From contig NC_002677.1 of the NCBI RefSeq assembly GCF_000195855.1, positions 1,710,001 through 1,742,000 of the forward strand: 32,000 bases of DNA. The letters run 5' to 3'. Both the position numbers and the translations under genes were made by a program. How positions within the stretch are numbered: position 1 is the first letter of the stretch; each line of letters starts with the position of its first letter. The DNA comes from Mycobacterium leprae TN. Its GTDB lineage: Bacteria; Actinomycetota; Actinomycetes; Mycobacteriales; Mycobacteriaceae. This document shows positions 24,473 through 32,000 of this stretch, one piece after another. The notes under the pieces are model-generated. The model did not search any database and was not told the DNA's origin. It saw nothing but the letters and a program-made list of their open reading frames with translations.

Positions 24473-26403
24473 TTAGCTCCTTTGTGTCGCCCGAAATAAC
24501 GTGGCTTTTGGCCGCCCTTATAGATAGAGCGGAGTGTAGTCACCAGCCGGCTCAGGTGGATTAGCGGTCGATCCCCCAGGCGGAGTGTCAACGCCTCCCT
24601 AACATTCGCCTGGCGTACCCGAGTCTTCAGACTCGCCGATGACCCTAGACCCAAAACGATACGGGAGCGGGAACCATTATTGTGCCGCATGGCGGCGAGC
24701 ACGATCGCTCCAGCCGTTCCGACTAGGATCCACTGCAAGGTCAGACCCCAGCAAGTTGCTGGAGTCAGCTTCGCCTTAAGACGCACCTGCATGTCCAGAT
24801 ATGCGGGCACAAAGAAGTCGGTGCGGACCAATTCGCTGCCGTCCGGCGCAATCACCGAGCTGATCCCGGTGGTGCCGGTAACCACCACATATCGGTCGTG
24901 CTCCACAGCTCGGACTTTGGCGAAGGCCAACTGTTGCTCACTCATCGTTTTGTTGAAAGTAGCGTTGTTGGTGGGCGCCGCCAGCAATTGGGCGCCATTG
25001 AGGACAGCTTTTCGCGCAGCACGGTCAAAGATCACTTCCCAACAGGTGGTCACCCCGATAGGTACCCCCGCGATACGCACGACACCACTACTTTGACTTT
25101 GGCGGGGCACGATGTGGCTCACCCGGTCGGCATACTTAGAAAGACGCTTAAAAAGCCACGGCATCGGCAAATACTCGCCGAAAGGTTGCACAATTTCCTT
25201 GTCATGGCGATCAGCCGGTCCGGTGCCAGGATTCCAGACAATCACTGTATTGGTGTACTCGGGGGCTTGTGGTACAGGGCCTTGGACATCAAGCACGGTG
25301 CCGACTAAGATCGGCGCGTCAATCGTCGCGGCCGCCACCGTGATCTCTTGCCCAGCATCGCCATTGACTAGTGGATCGATATCCGACGCATTCTCGGGCC
25401 AGATCACGAATTGAGGTTGCGGGACGATTCCAGCACGCACGTCCTCGGCCAGTCGCAGCGTCTCATGGACGTGGTTGTCCAGCACAGCTCGGCGTTGCGC
25501 GTTGAAGTCAAGACCGAGCCGCGGTACGTTGCCCTGTACTGCCGCGACAGTAATCACAGGTTCGCCGCCCGATCCTGCACCCGCGTGCCGCACCTGGGGC
25601 CAAACAACGACGACGGCCAGCAACACCAGGCACACACAAACACCTGGCAGCACCACCGCCGGCGGTGGATCGCTTCTATTCGACTGACCACTGCTTCGCC
25701 ACCACTTAACGACTTCTAATGCGATCGCGGTAGTGCTGCATCCCACCAGCACAATCGCCATCGAGAGCAACGGAGCGCCACCGAGTTGAGCCAATGGCAG
25801 TAACGGGCCATCGGCTTGGCCGAAGGCCACCGACCCCCAGGGAAAGCCGCCGAACGGAACGACCGACTTCAACCACTCTTGCGCCGCCCACACCACCGCA
25901 AACCAGATCGGCCAACCCGGCAGCGGGCCCACTACGACAGCGAGCAGGCCAAAAAAACCGGGCAAAAACGCGGCTGCGGTCGCCAGCGCCCACCAGGGCG
26001 TGGCACCCACAAGACTGCTGATCCACGACAACAACGGCAGATAGAACGCTAACCCGAACAGAAATCCATAGCCCAGACCACCTACAGGTGTCGTAGTTGG
26101 GTGCGTCAAGACCCAAGCCAGCAGCGCGAAGGCGACAACGGCGGCCCACCACCAGTTCAGCGACGGGAAGCTGGCGCAAAACAGCAAACCGGCCACCACG
26201 GCAACAACCAGCCGTGGCAGACGCGGCACCAGCATAGCCCAGGTAGCGGGTACCCGTGCTACCGTCGCAACACCCATTTGCGCGAGTGCGTGACACACTG
26301 TGGCACGCAGCTTAACGACCCGGCTGGGTACCGCAAGCGTAGCGAAGGCGCCGTTCACCGGGTCGTCATCGACTGGGTCAATCTCGATGATTTCATCAAC
26401 CAT
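24469..26403 (-). CDS. lnt: Apolipoprotein N-acyltransferase-like membrane protein (Lnt; D1/Ppm2 partner of Ppm1)
   Basis: A polytopic N-terminal half is followed by a CN-hydrolase domain with FVIWPE (Glu) and [10 protein letters not shown] (Cys). The 644 aa ORF may start at a later Met or Val, such as [11 protein letters not shown]. The first 50 or so residues are not hydrophobic. Confidence 0.85.
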   Translation of the reverse strand: MVDEIIEIDPVDDDPVNGAFATLAVPSRVVKLRATVCHALAQMGVATVARVPATWAMLVPRLPRLVVAVVAGLLFCASFPSLNWWWAAVVAFALLAWVLTHPTTTPVGGLGYGFLFGLAFYLPLLSWISSLVGATPWWALATAAAFLPGFFGLLAVVVGPLPGWPIWFAVVWAAQEWLKSVVPFGGFPWGSVAFGQADGPLLPLAQLGGAPLLSMAIVLVGCSTTAIALEVVKWWRSSGQSNRSDPPPAVVLPGVCVCLVLLAVVVVWPQVRHAGAGSGGEPVITVAAVQGNVPRLGLDFNAQRRAVLDNHVHETLRLAEDVRAGIVPQPQFVIWPENASDIDPLVNGDAGQEITVAAATIDAPILVGTVLDVQGPVPQAPEYTNTVIVWNPGTGPADRHDKEIVQPFGEYLPMPWLFKRLSKYADRVSHIVPRQSQSSGVVRIAGVPIGVTTCWEVIFDRAARKAVLNGAQLLAAPTNNATFNKTMSEQQLAFAKVRAVEHDRYVVVTGTTGISSVIAPDGSELVRTDFFVPAYLDMQVRLKAKLTPATCWGLTLQWILVGTAGAIVLAAMRHNNGSRSRIVLGLGSSASLKTRVRQANVREALTLRLGDRPLIHLSRLVTTLRSIYKGGQKPRYFGRHKGAK

Positions 26404-28020
26404 AGATCACAGCACCCCAGGGCACGGTTTGGCAGCAACGCGGTACGGCGTCGGTCGAGCCCAGCCACGGAAAGCGGGGCACCCACGAACGTAGGTCAGG
26501 AGACCGTTGCTGGACGGCGTAGCGCGGCGCACCGACGTCAATGGCCTCGGCGTCCCACACAGCATAGGACACCGGCTTGTCAGAAACCAGGGCGCCAATC
26601 TTGCCGTCGCGGGCAACACCTGCCCACCAGCCGCCTCGGGTAGCGCCAGCGAATGTTGCTCGCGCCGAGACTGCGCTTCCGGGAGTGTAGTGATTGACCG
26701 CTGCCTGCACGCTGACCGACAGATCAAGACTTGTTACCGGGATATCTAAATCTAGCGCAAGGAGCATGCCGTGGGATGCTAACAGCGCTAGCAGGTTGAG
26801 TTCACTGCATCGCTTTACACCCAGGTGAGGGGCGTACGTGCCGTTGCCGCCGTCCCAGAGCACATCAAAATTCAGTTGCACACTGGCGATGAGACCCGAG
26901 CGCCCAGTTTGGCCACCTGATCCGTGGCCACTACAATAAATGTGCTCCAAACGGTGCCTACACCGGGCCAGCGCTCCCACCTTCAGGTTCACGACAACCC
27001 CTTCGAAAGCGGCGACCACCGCCGAGACTGCCGCATCGCCGATGATGTGAAACTCCGCCGTCACCTGCGCCTCGGTACAAGCTTGCAAATGCGCTTCAAT
27101 AACGTCGGGCTCGAGGTAACAGGTGACCGTCCGATCCGGCGCATCCGTATACGGCCGGTGTAGCCAGGCAGCACGCAATCCTAGGGTCCCGCCGACGAAC
27201 AGGTCACCGACCCAAACCGCGAGCCCCAGTCTCGTTCACCAGTGCGCAAGCAGCTACCCTTGTGATCAAGGCTCACCCCGGGTAACCGATTACTTCGACG
27301 CCATAACTGGGGGCACGAACTTGCAGCCAGTCGTCGAGCCCGTCAATGTTGGAGCTGGCGCATTCGTGCACCGCGACGATGCCCGCTGCTGCCACCGCTA
27401 GCGCCATGAGCCAGGCATCGGCTAACTGCGGGGTGATTAGTTAGGTCACAAGCAGCGGCTCACGCCAGGTGATGAGCGTCGCCGGTCAGCGGCTGCTGGG
27501 CCACGAAACCAGCCGCCTCCACTAATTCCGGGACCAGCCGCCACAGCCCAGTAGAAGCCAACGCGGAATGCACGTCTACGCGTGCTATGTAGGCGGGCCG
27601 CTCACCGCATCCAGATCATTGGTGCTCGGCGCAGTGCGATTGGGCTACGCCTATTCGTCCCACCCGTGCCCCCACACCGGTTGGTTCGAGAATAGGCGAC
27701 CGTGTTATATCGGTGACTATCTGAATATAGTGCGCGCACGAGACAGCTGGGTGCAGATCCAGTCCACTGAACATCAGACCAGTAGCGCTCAGGTGAATAT
27801 GGCTGTCCATTAACCGCGGCTCCACGAATACCATCACCATCATCGATATCCCTCCACGTAAGCGTCCGGAAACTGGCTGTGACCGATATCGTCGCTGCCT
27901 AGCCAGCCGACAAAGATCACCACGCACCACCATCACAGTGGCATCTGGGTGGTTGGGGCTTGTACACATAGCCGTTCACCAACAGCCTGGTGGAAGTCCG
28001 AGTCAGACCGCAAAACTACA
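26396..28020 (-). pseudogene. Amidohydrolase-3 family (Rv2052c-like) pseudogene
   Basis: Pieces lie in at least three frames: LLVNGYVYKPQPP (about 27960-28010), ...FVEPRLMDSHIHL (ORF 27616..27969), MALAVAAAGIVAVHECASSNIDGLDDWLQ (from 27407), and the C-terminal ORF 26396..27178. The 3' end overlaps the lnt start by 8 nt. Confidence 0.7.
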
Positions 28021-28039
28021 TGGGGTCCAGGGTTAGGTA

Positions 28040-28491
28040 TTAGGGCAAGATCGGTGCTTCGACGTCTAACACGTCAATGACCTCACCCTCGATGCAGTCG
28101 TGACCATCGCCGGCAACCGTCGTATCGGTGACCAGTGGCATCCGTTGCCGGAAACTACGCACGGCAAGTGCGGTCAATCCGGGACTAGCAACCGCTCGAT
28201 TCGAGCGGTTGCTAGTCCCTAACGCCGTGATAACCAATCCGGTAATCAGCGCCAGAATCGTGGCCACAGTAACCACCGCACCGTCGTTACTGTGGTGCAC
28301 AGTTCAGCGAGACCCGACCGCAGCTGCACGAGCCGAGCACGAATCTGCCACCCGCCAAGCAGGTCCACGAGGTCTCACCCAAGCACGACTGACAGCCAAC
28401 AGGGGCCCAGCCAAACACGATCACCGACACCAACGCAAAAATCGCCGCCAGCTCGACAACCACGTAAATCAGGAACAACTTGCCGCACCAT
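28040..28491 (-). pseudogene. fxsA: FxsA-like membrane protein, frameshifted
   Basis: ATG GTG at 28486-28491 is out of frame with the conserved KLFLIYVVVELAAIFALVSVIVFGW (ORF 28287..28541). The C-terminal part, DGAVVTVATILALITGLVITALG...VIEGEVIDV, is in ORF 28040..28300, a different frame. Confidence 0.5.
28181..28219. repeat. Perfect palindrome with 19-bp arms (gggactagcaaccgctcga t tcgagcggttgctagtccc)
   Basis: Read directly: 28181-28199 is the exact reverse complement of 28201-28219. It lies inside the fxsA-like remnant. The 8-bp direct repeat caatccgg occurs at 28175-28182 and 28235-28242, 60 bp apart. Confidence 0.95.
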
Positions 28492-28516
28492 GTGATGCCA
28501 AGGTGTGTTGAGCTAC

Positions 28517-28547
28517 GCTCAGATGTGCCTTGTAGGCACATCTGAGC
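28517..28547. repeat. Perfect inverted repeat with 14-bp arms and a 3-nt spacer (gctcagatgtgcct tgt aggcacatctgagc)
   Basis: Read directly. It sits in the divergent region between the fxsA-like ATG (28491, minus strand) and the dienelactone hydrolase ATG (28595, plus strand). AT-rich tatactaaaaatatagga follows it. Confidence 0.95.
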
Positions 28548-28594
28548 CCTATACTAAAAATATAGGACATACATGACGTTATGAAGATGATGTT

Positions 28595-29293
28595 ATGACC
28601 AAGATTCAGATCGACGCACCCGACGGACCGATCGATGCGCTGCTGAGTGTCCCCCCGGGGCCTGAGCCATGGCCGGGCGTAGTTGTGATTCACGACGCTA
28701 TCGGCTACGAACCCGATAAGGAGTCGACCAACAACCACATCGCCATGGCGGGCTACGTGGCGATTACGCCGAATTTGTACTCACGCGGTAGCCGTGCCCG
28801 CTGCATCACCCGAGTCATGCGTGAGCTACTGACCAAGCGAGGCCGCGCCTTTGACGACATTCTGGCTACCCGCGATTACCTGTTGGCCATGCCGAAATGC
28901 TCAGGACGTGTCGGTATCGCAGGCTTCTGCATGGGCGGTCGGTTCGCACTCGTTATGTCGCCCAAAGGTTTTGACGCCTCTGCTCCGTTCTACGGCACTC
29001 CATTGCCTCGCAACCTCAGCGAGACGCTGAACGGAGCATGCCCGATTGTGGCGAGCTTTGGTGGCCGTGACCCGCTGGGTATTGGCGCACCCAAGCGATT
29101 GCGCCAAGCGACCCAGACCCGGCACATCACCACTGACATCAAGGTCTACCCCGATGCCGGGCACAGTTTCGCGAACAAGCTTCCCGGCCAGCCACTAATG
29201 CGTATCACGGGTTTCGGCTACAACCAGGCCGCCACCGAGGATGCGTGGAGCCGTGTCTTCGCGTTCTTCGACAAGCATCTGCGAACCGACTGA
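28595..29293 (+). CDS. Dienelactone hydrolase family protein (Rv2054-like)
   Basis: 232 aa alpha/beta hydrolase with VVVIHDAIGYEP, the nucleophile motif GIAGFCMGGRFAL (Cys type) and YPDAGHSF (His). Confidence 0.85.
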   Translation: MTKIQIDAPDGPIDALLSVPPGPEPWPGVVVIHDAIGYEPDKESTNNHIAMAGYVAITPNLYSRGSRARCITRVMRELLTKRGRAFDDILATRDYLLAMPKCSGRVGIAGFCMGGRFALVMSPKGFDASAPFYGTPLPRNLSETLNGACPIVASFGGRDPLGIGAPKRLRQATQTRHITTDIKVYPDAGHSFANKLPGQPLMRITGFGYNQAATEDAWSRVFAFFDKHLRTD

Positions 29294-29352
29294 GACGCCT
29301 CACGGTGCGCCATCCCGGTTGAGCGCACAGATTCGCGACAACGATATTGGCG

Positions 29353-29374
29353 AAGGTATGTTTAAGGTATGTTT
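29353..29374. repeat. Perfect 11-bp tandem duplication (aaggtatgttt x2)
   Basis: Read directly: 29353-29363 equals 29364-29374. It lies 60 nt downstream of the hydrolase stop. Confidence 0.95.
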
Positions 29375-29650
29375 TGAGTATCACCTAGCCAGCACGCCGA
29401 CAGTTAACTGCCGCCGTCGACGACGAACGCCGACCATGAATTGCTCATCATATCGCACCACCATGCCGGAGATCTTAAGCAAGCCAATACGGCGTTTCGC
29501 GGATGACGTCACAGAAATCCGTTGGGCCTTTGGAGAGCACGGATAACCTCCGACTGCACCGGAGATATACCCGCATGGCTGACCACCTCCTCGAGGTAGA
29601 TAGATGCCGCAGTAGTTGGAATCCCAGCAGCGTGTCACGCAGGTCATCCA

Positions 29651-29988
29651 CTAGCCGATACGCTCCAGCACCCACGTCAGCGCTGTAGTCCGGCATTCGT
29701 ACAAGATCACACTATACTGGCCGTCGGGCATCAGTAACGCATCGATGCTGTCCACGCTGGCCTCTGTCCAGCGGACGAGATGCTGCAACTTAACCGATAG
29801 CAACATGTCCTGATATGCACGGCGGCCATCCTTATTCGCCTGCGGCGCAAACCCGATGACCAGGATGGCGCCCAAACACCGGAGAGCACCGACCAGACCT
29901 CAACACCCTGGCCATTGACCATGCTGTCGTCAGCCATCCCGGGCGTGCCGCTTTCGGTAACAAAAACCACGCGGTGACCTTTGGTCAC
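29651..29988 (-). pseudogene. Unassigned degraded ORF fragments
   Basis: Two overlapping minus-strand ORFs in different frames (29731..29988 and 29651..29875) read as one interrupted gene: ...VTKGHRVVFVTESGTPG... / ...GAILVIGFAPQANKDGRRAYQDMLLSVKLQHLVRW.... I recognised no family. Confidence 0.25.
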
Positions 29989-30097
29989 TCAAAACCCGCC
30001 ACTTGACCTCAACCCCAGGCCAACCTAGGCCGGATCGAAGTCCCGATCTGGAATCGGGATAAATACGGTGCTCATCGGTGCTGCCGACTTGTCGGAG

Positions 30098-30484
30098 TCA
30101 ACTTCCAGACACTCTGAGCTCAAGACCGACATTGTTTTGCATACCTCCGCGCAACTTGCTGACGAAGTTGAACAGCCGGCCCTGGATGCCGTACTGCTTG
30201 CAGATTGCGTCATAGACGCTGCCCGTTTGCAACTTATCGAGGATGGTGGCGTTACCCTGGACACCCGCGCTCGTCGCGCAACCACGTACGTTGCAAGTGG
30301 CTAGCGTAATCCGGGGGTTATTGCGGATTCGCTTGACCTTCCACGCCTTTCCCGCGGATATAGCTAGCAGCCGGTCGCCGTCAGCGGCCGCCCAGATGGG
30401 AGTCGGCTTGGGTCGGCCATCCTTGGTGAATGTGGTCAACAGGATGTACTTTGCCTTGGCTAAGTCGGCAAATGTGGGCGTCAC
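30098..30484 (-). CDS. PPOX-class (pyridoxamine 5'-phosphate oxidase-like, probable F420-dependent) small enzyme (Rv2061c-like)
   Basis: VTPTFADLAKAKYILLTTFTKDGRPKPTPIWAAADGDRLLAISAGKAWKVKRIRNNPRITLATC is typical of the split-barrel PPOX family. The likely GTG start at 30482-30484 overlaps the cobN-remnant TGA (GTGA). The longer 161 aa ORF extends into the cobN remnant in another frame. Confidence 0.7.
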   Translation of the reverse strand: MTPTFADLAKAKYILLTTFTKDGRPKPTPIWAAADGDRLLAISAGKAWKVKRIRNNPRITLATCNVRGCATSAGVQGNATILDKLQTGSVYDAICKQYGIQGRLFNFVSKLRGGMQNNVGLELRVSGS

Positions 30485-30870
30485 AGCCCCAAGCTTACCG
30501 GTGGCGAACCGTCCAGATCGCCCTAGGTTTCCAACAGCACCTGACGCAACTGATCGAGAATGCTCGGTTGCGAGCCGGCCCACATGCTGCGGTCATTCAC
30601 CTCCAGCAGATGTTAGGTCATATAGTGCAATGCCCACGGGCTGGACTCCGCCATGCGCTCCCGGTTCTCCGAGTCCAGAACGTAGCGCTAGGCAAGTTGT
30701 TCATACATCCAGTCGGCCATTACCCTGGTGGTGGCGTCATAACCGAACAGTTAATCAACGGTCACCGCCATCTCGAACGCCCCCTTGTAGCTCTGTGCCG
30801 ACGCAACGCACCTGCTGCACGAAATCAATCAGTGCGGCCATCAATCAGTCTACGACAATTGGTCGTAGAC
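30481..30870 (-). pseudogene. cobN: Cobaltochelatase CobN, C-terminal remnant only (about the last 130 codons, with in-frame stops)
   Basis: The minus strand reads SYKGAFEMAVTVD*LFGYDATTRVMADWMYEQLA*RYVLDSENRERMAESSPWALHYMT*HLLEVNDRSMWAGSQPSILDQLRQVLLET*. This matches the CobN C-terminus as I remember it (HGYKGAFE...VDYLFGYDAT...ADWMYE...LLET). Nothing corresponding to the rest of a gene of about 1200 codons is present. Confidence 0.7.
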
Positions 30871-30886
30871 TGATTGATGGCCGCAC
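30832..30886. repeat. Perfect inverted repeat with 25-bp arms and a 5-nt loop (gtgcggccatcaatcagtctacgac aattg gtcgtagactgattgatggccgcac)
   Basis: Read directly: 30832-30856 is the exact reverse complement of 30862-30886. The 10-mer atcaatcagt occurs at 30824-30833 and 30840-30849, and inverted at 30869-30878. The repeat ends 18 nt before the sigC ATG. Confidence 0.95.
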
Positions 30887-30903
30887 ATTTAAAGTGGATC
30901 CCT

Positions 30904-31458
30904 ATGATCGCGTCTAGCGGCGACGAGGCCGTTACTGACCTCGCCTTAGCAGCTGCACGCGGGAGCAAACGAGCACTGGAGGCGTTTATCAAAGCCACCC
31001 AGCAAGATGTGTGGCGGTTCGTCGCCTACTTGTCGGATGTGGGCAATGCCGACGATTTGACTCAGGAGACGTTCCTGCGAGCAATTGGAGCCATCGAGCG
31101 GTTTTCCGGACATTCCAGCGGCCGAACCTGGCTGCTGGCCATTGCGCGCCGGGTGGTCGCCGACCACATCCGCCGGGCCCAAACACGACCCCGCACCACC
31201 TTCGACGGCTACCCCGAACGCATGCTCAACGCCGACCGCCACGCCCGCGGATTCGAAGACCTCGTTGAAGTGACAACAATGATCGCCAACCTTGCCACCG
31301 AACAACGCGAAGCCCTGTTGCTCACTCAGCTTCTCGGGCTGCCCTACGCCGATGCCGCCGCGGTGTGCGGTTGCCCGGTGGGGACCATTCGATCCCGGGT
31401 CGCCCGTGCCCGGGACGCGCTGTTGGCCGACACCGAGCATAACCACCTGACCGGGTAG
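30904..31458 (+). CDS. sigC: ECF sigma factor SigC
   Basis: [67 protein letters not shown]...[38 protein letters not shown] is close to M. tuberculosis SigC as I remember it. The ATG at 30904 gives 184 aa. The ORF-track start at 30874 lies inside the palindrome arm. Confidence 0.9.
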   Translation: MIASSGDEAVTDLALAAARGSKRALEAFIKATQQDVWRFVAYLSDVGNADDLTQETFLRAIGAIERFSGHSSGRTWLLAIARRVVADHIRRAQTRPRTTFDGYPERMLNADRHARGFEDLVEVTTMIANLATEQREALLLTQLLGLPYADAAAVCGCPVGTIRSRVARARDALLADTEHNHLTG

Positions 31459-31559
31459 AAATTTAGCACACAGCAAGGCGATTTCCCAGGCAACGGCATT
31501 GCTGAGTGCAATGACGACCCAAAACGTCGCTCCGTGCCTTATTACTCTTTGTCCTTGCC

Positions 31560-32000
31560 GTGCAAGGAGTTTCTGCTTGCCCGAGTCGGGCTATCCATTC
31601 GGTGGCTTGATCGACGGTGCCGATGTTCGTCGTCCCCGTCCAAGTAGCGGCGACCACTGCACCATACTTACCGGTATATATAGAGCGGCAGCAGCATCCA
31701 ACTTCGTTCAGGTCATGTCGCCGCCGCTATTTTTGATGACCAGCGTGTCTATGGAGTGTACACGCAAGCAGCTCGAACTCGTCGTCGTAGGGACACGCCC
31801 CCGGGACAGCAGCACCTGATGATGACGCAGCAACAACGTCTCAGTCCAGTACGGTGACCACCCGAATTAAAAAAACCACGCCTCACTGTCGGTGAACGCC
31901 TTTACGCTAGAGCGGTTCGTGGTGAGAAAAACTCTCGAATGTGTTGTTCTACAATTGCTTATGACGCCTCGGCGGCGTATGCTGTGATGGTCGTCGCCGA
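31560..32000 (-). pseudogene. cobK: Precorrin-6A reductase CobK pseudogene (partial, continues beyond the window)
   Basis: Minus-strand fragments across frames are RVFLTTNRSSVKAFTDSEAWFF*, IRVVTVLD, LLSRGACPYDDEFELLA and HSIDTLVIKNSGGDMT*TKLDAAAALYIPVSMV. They match CobK as I remember it (RVFLTTGRSG...AWFLIRVVT...LSRGPYGYHDEFALL...IDALVTKNSGG.MTRAKLDAAAALGI). One frameshift sits at the T/A7 run at 31869-31875. Confidence 0.65.

Noticed and set aside
29300-29650. Search for remnants of the alternative ribosomal protein cluster (rpsR2, rpsN2, rpmG1, rpmB2) expected from M. tuberculosis synteny after the Rv2054-like gene
   Set aside because: I could not align any frame convincingly to those proteins as I remember them. 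The ORFs here (29381..29647 and 29475..29696) are left unassigned.
30243-30917. 224 aa plus-strand ORF. Similar long antisense ORFs occur at 17082..17717, 19239..19892, 26101..26643, 8113..8493 and 20133..20507.
   Set aside because: These run antisense to recognisable genes or pseudogenes, have Pro/Arg/Ser/Thr-rich low-complexity translations, and are the usual stop-poor shadow frames of high-GC DNA.

Overview
This is a high-GC mycobacterial chromosome segment in advanced reductive decay. As far as I recall it, gene order follows M. tuberculosis Rv2036 to Rv2070c. Translated products are close to mycobacterial RbpA, SigC, Pks12, PncA, Ppm1/Lnt and CobN/CobK. Roughly half of the genes are frameshifted, interrupted by stops or truncated. 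That pattern points to Mycobacterium leprae or a very close relative; this is inference from memory, with no database search.

Intact-looking genes:
- a patatin-like lipase (507-1478, minus strand)
- a four-gene sugar ABC importer operon with overlapping stop/start codons (1566-5770, minus strand)
- a possibly intact DoxX-like membrane ORF
- a small zinc-ribbon ORF
- rbpA
- ppm1 and lnt as two separate overlapping ORFs
- a dienelactone-hydrolase family gene
- a PPOX/F420-type small enzyme
- sigC

Pseudogenes or remnants:
- a SigI/SigJ-type ECF sigma factor
- an Rv2042c-position gene
- pncA
- a lipT-like carboxylesterase
- an Rv2047c-like epimerase/PEP-utilising fusion
- pks12, reduced to a single module
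- an Rv2052c-like amidohydrolase
- fxsA
- the cobN tail
- cobK

Four things are not explained by synteny:
1. An A+T-rich island of about 1.9 kb (about 11.9-13.8 kb) has all its ORFs on the minus strand. It includes a decayed XRE-HTH/ImmA (HEXXH) regulator and a run of hydrophobic ORFs.
2. There are three long perfect palindromes, with 25, 19 and 14 bp arms, between 28.2 and 30.9 kb. One sits exactly at the cobN-remnant/sigC junction.
3. A GGGAAC-N17-CGTT ECF-type promoter candidate lies in front of rbpA.
4. There are several perfect short tandem duplications.

I saw no rRNA, tRNA, CRISPR array or intact insertion sequence. I cannot show that the window holds an intact novel system. The A+T-rich island is the best candidate, and it looks largely decayed.
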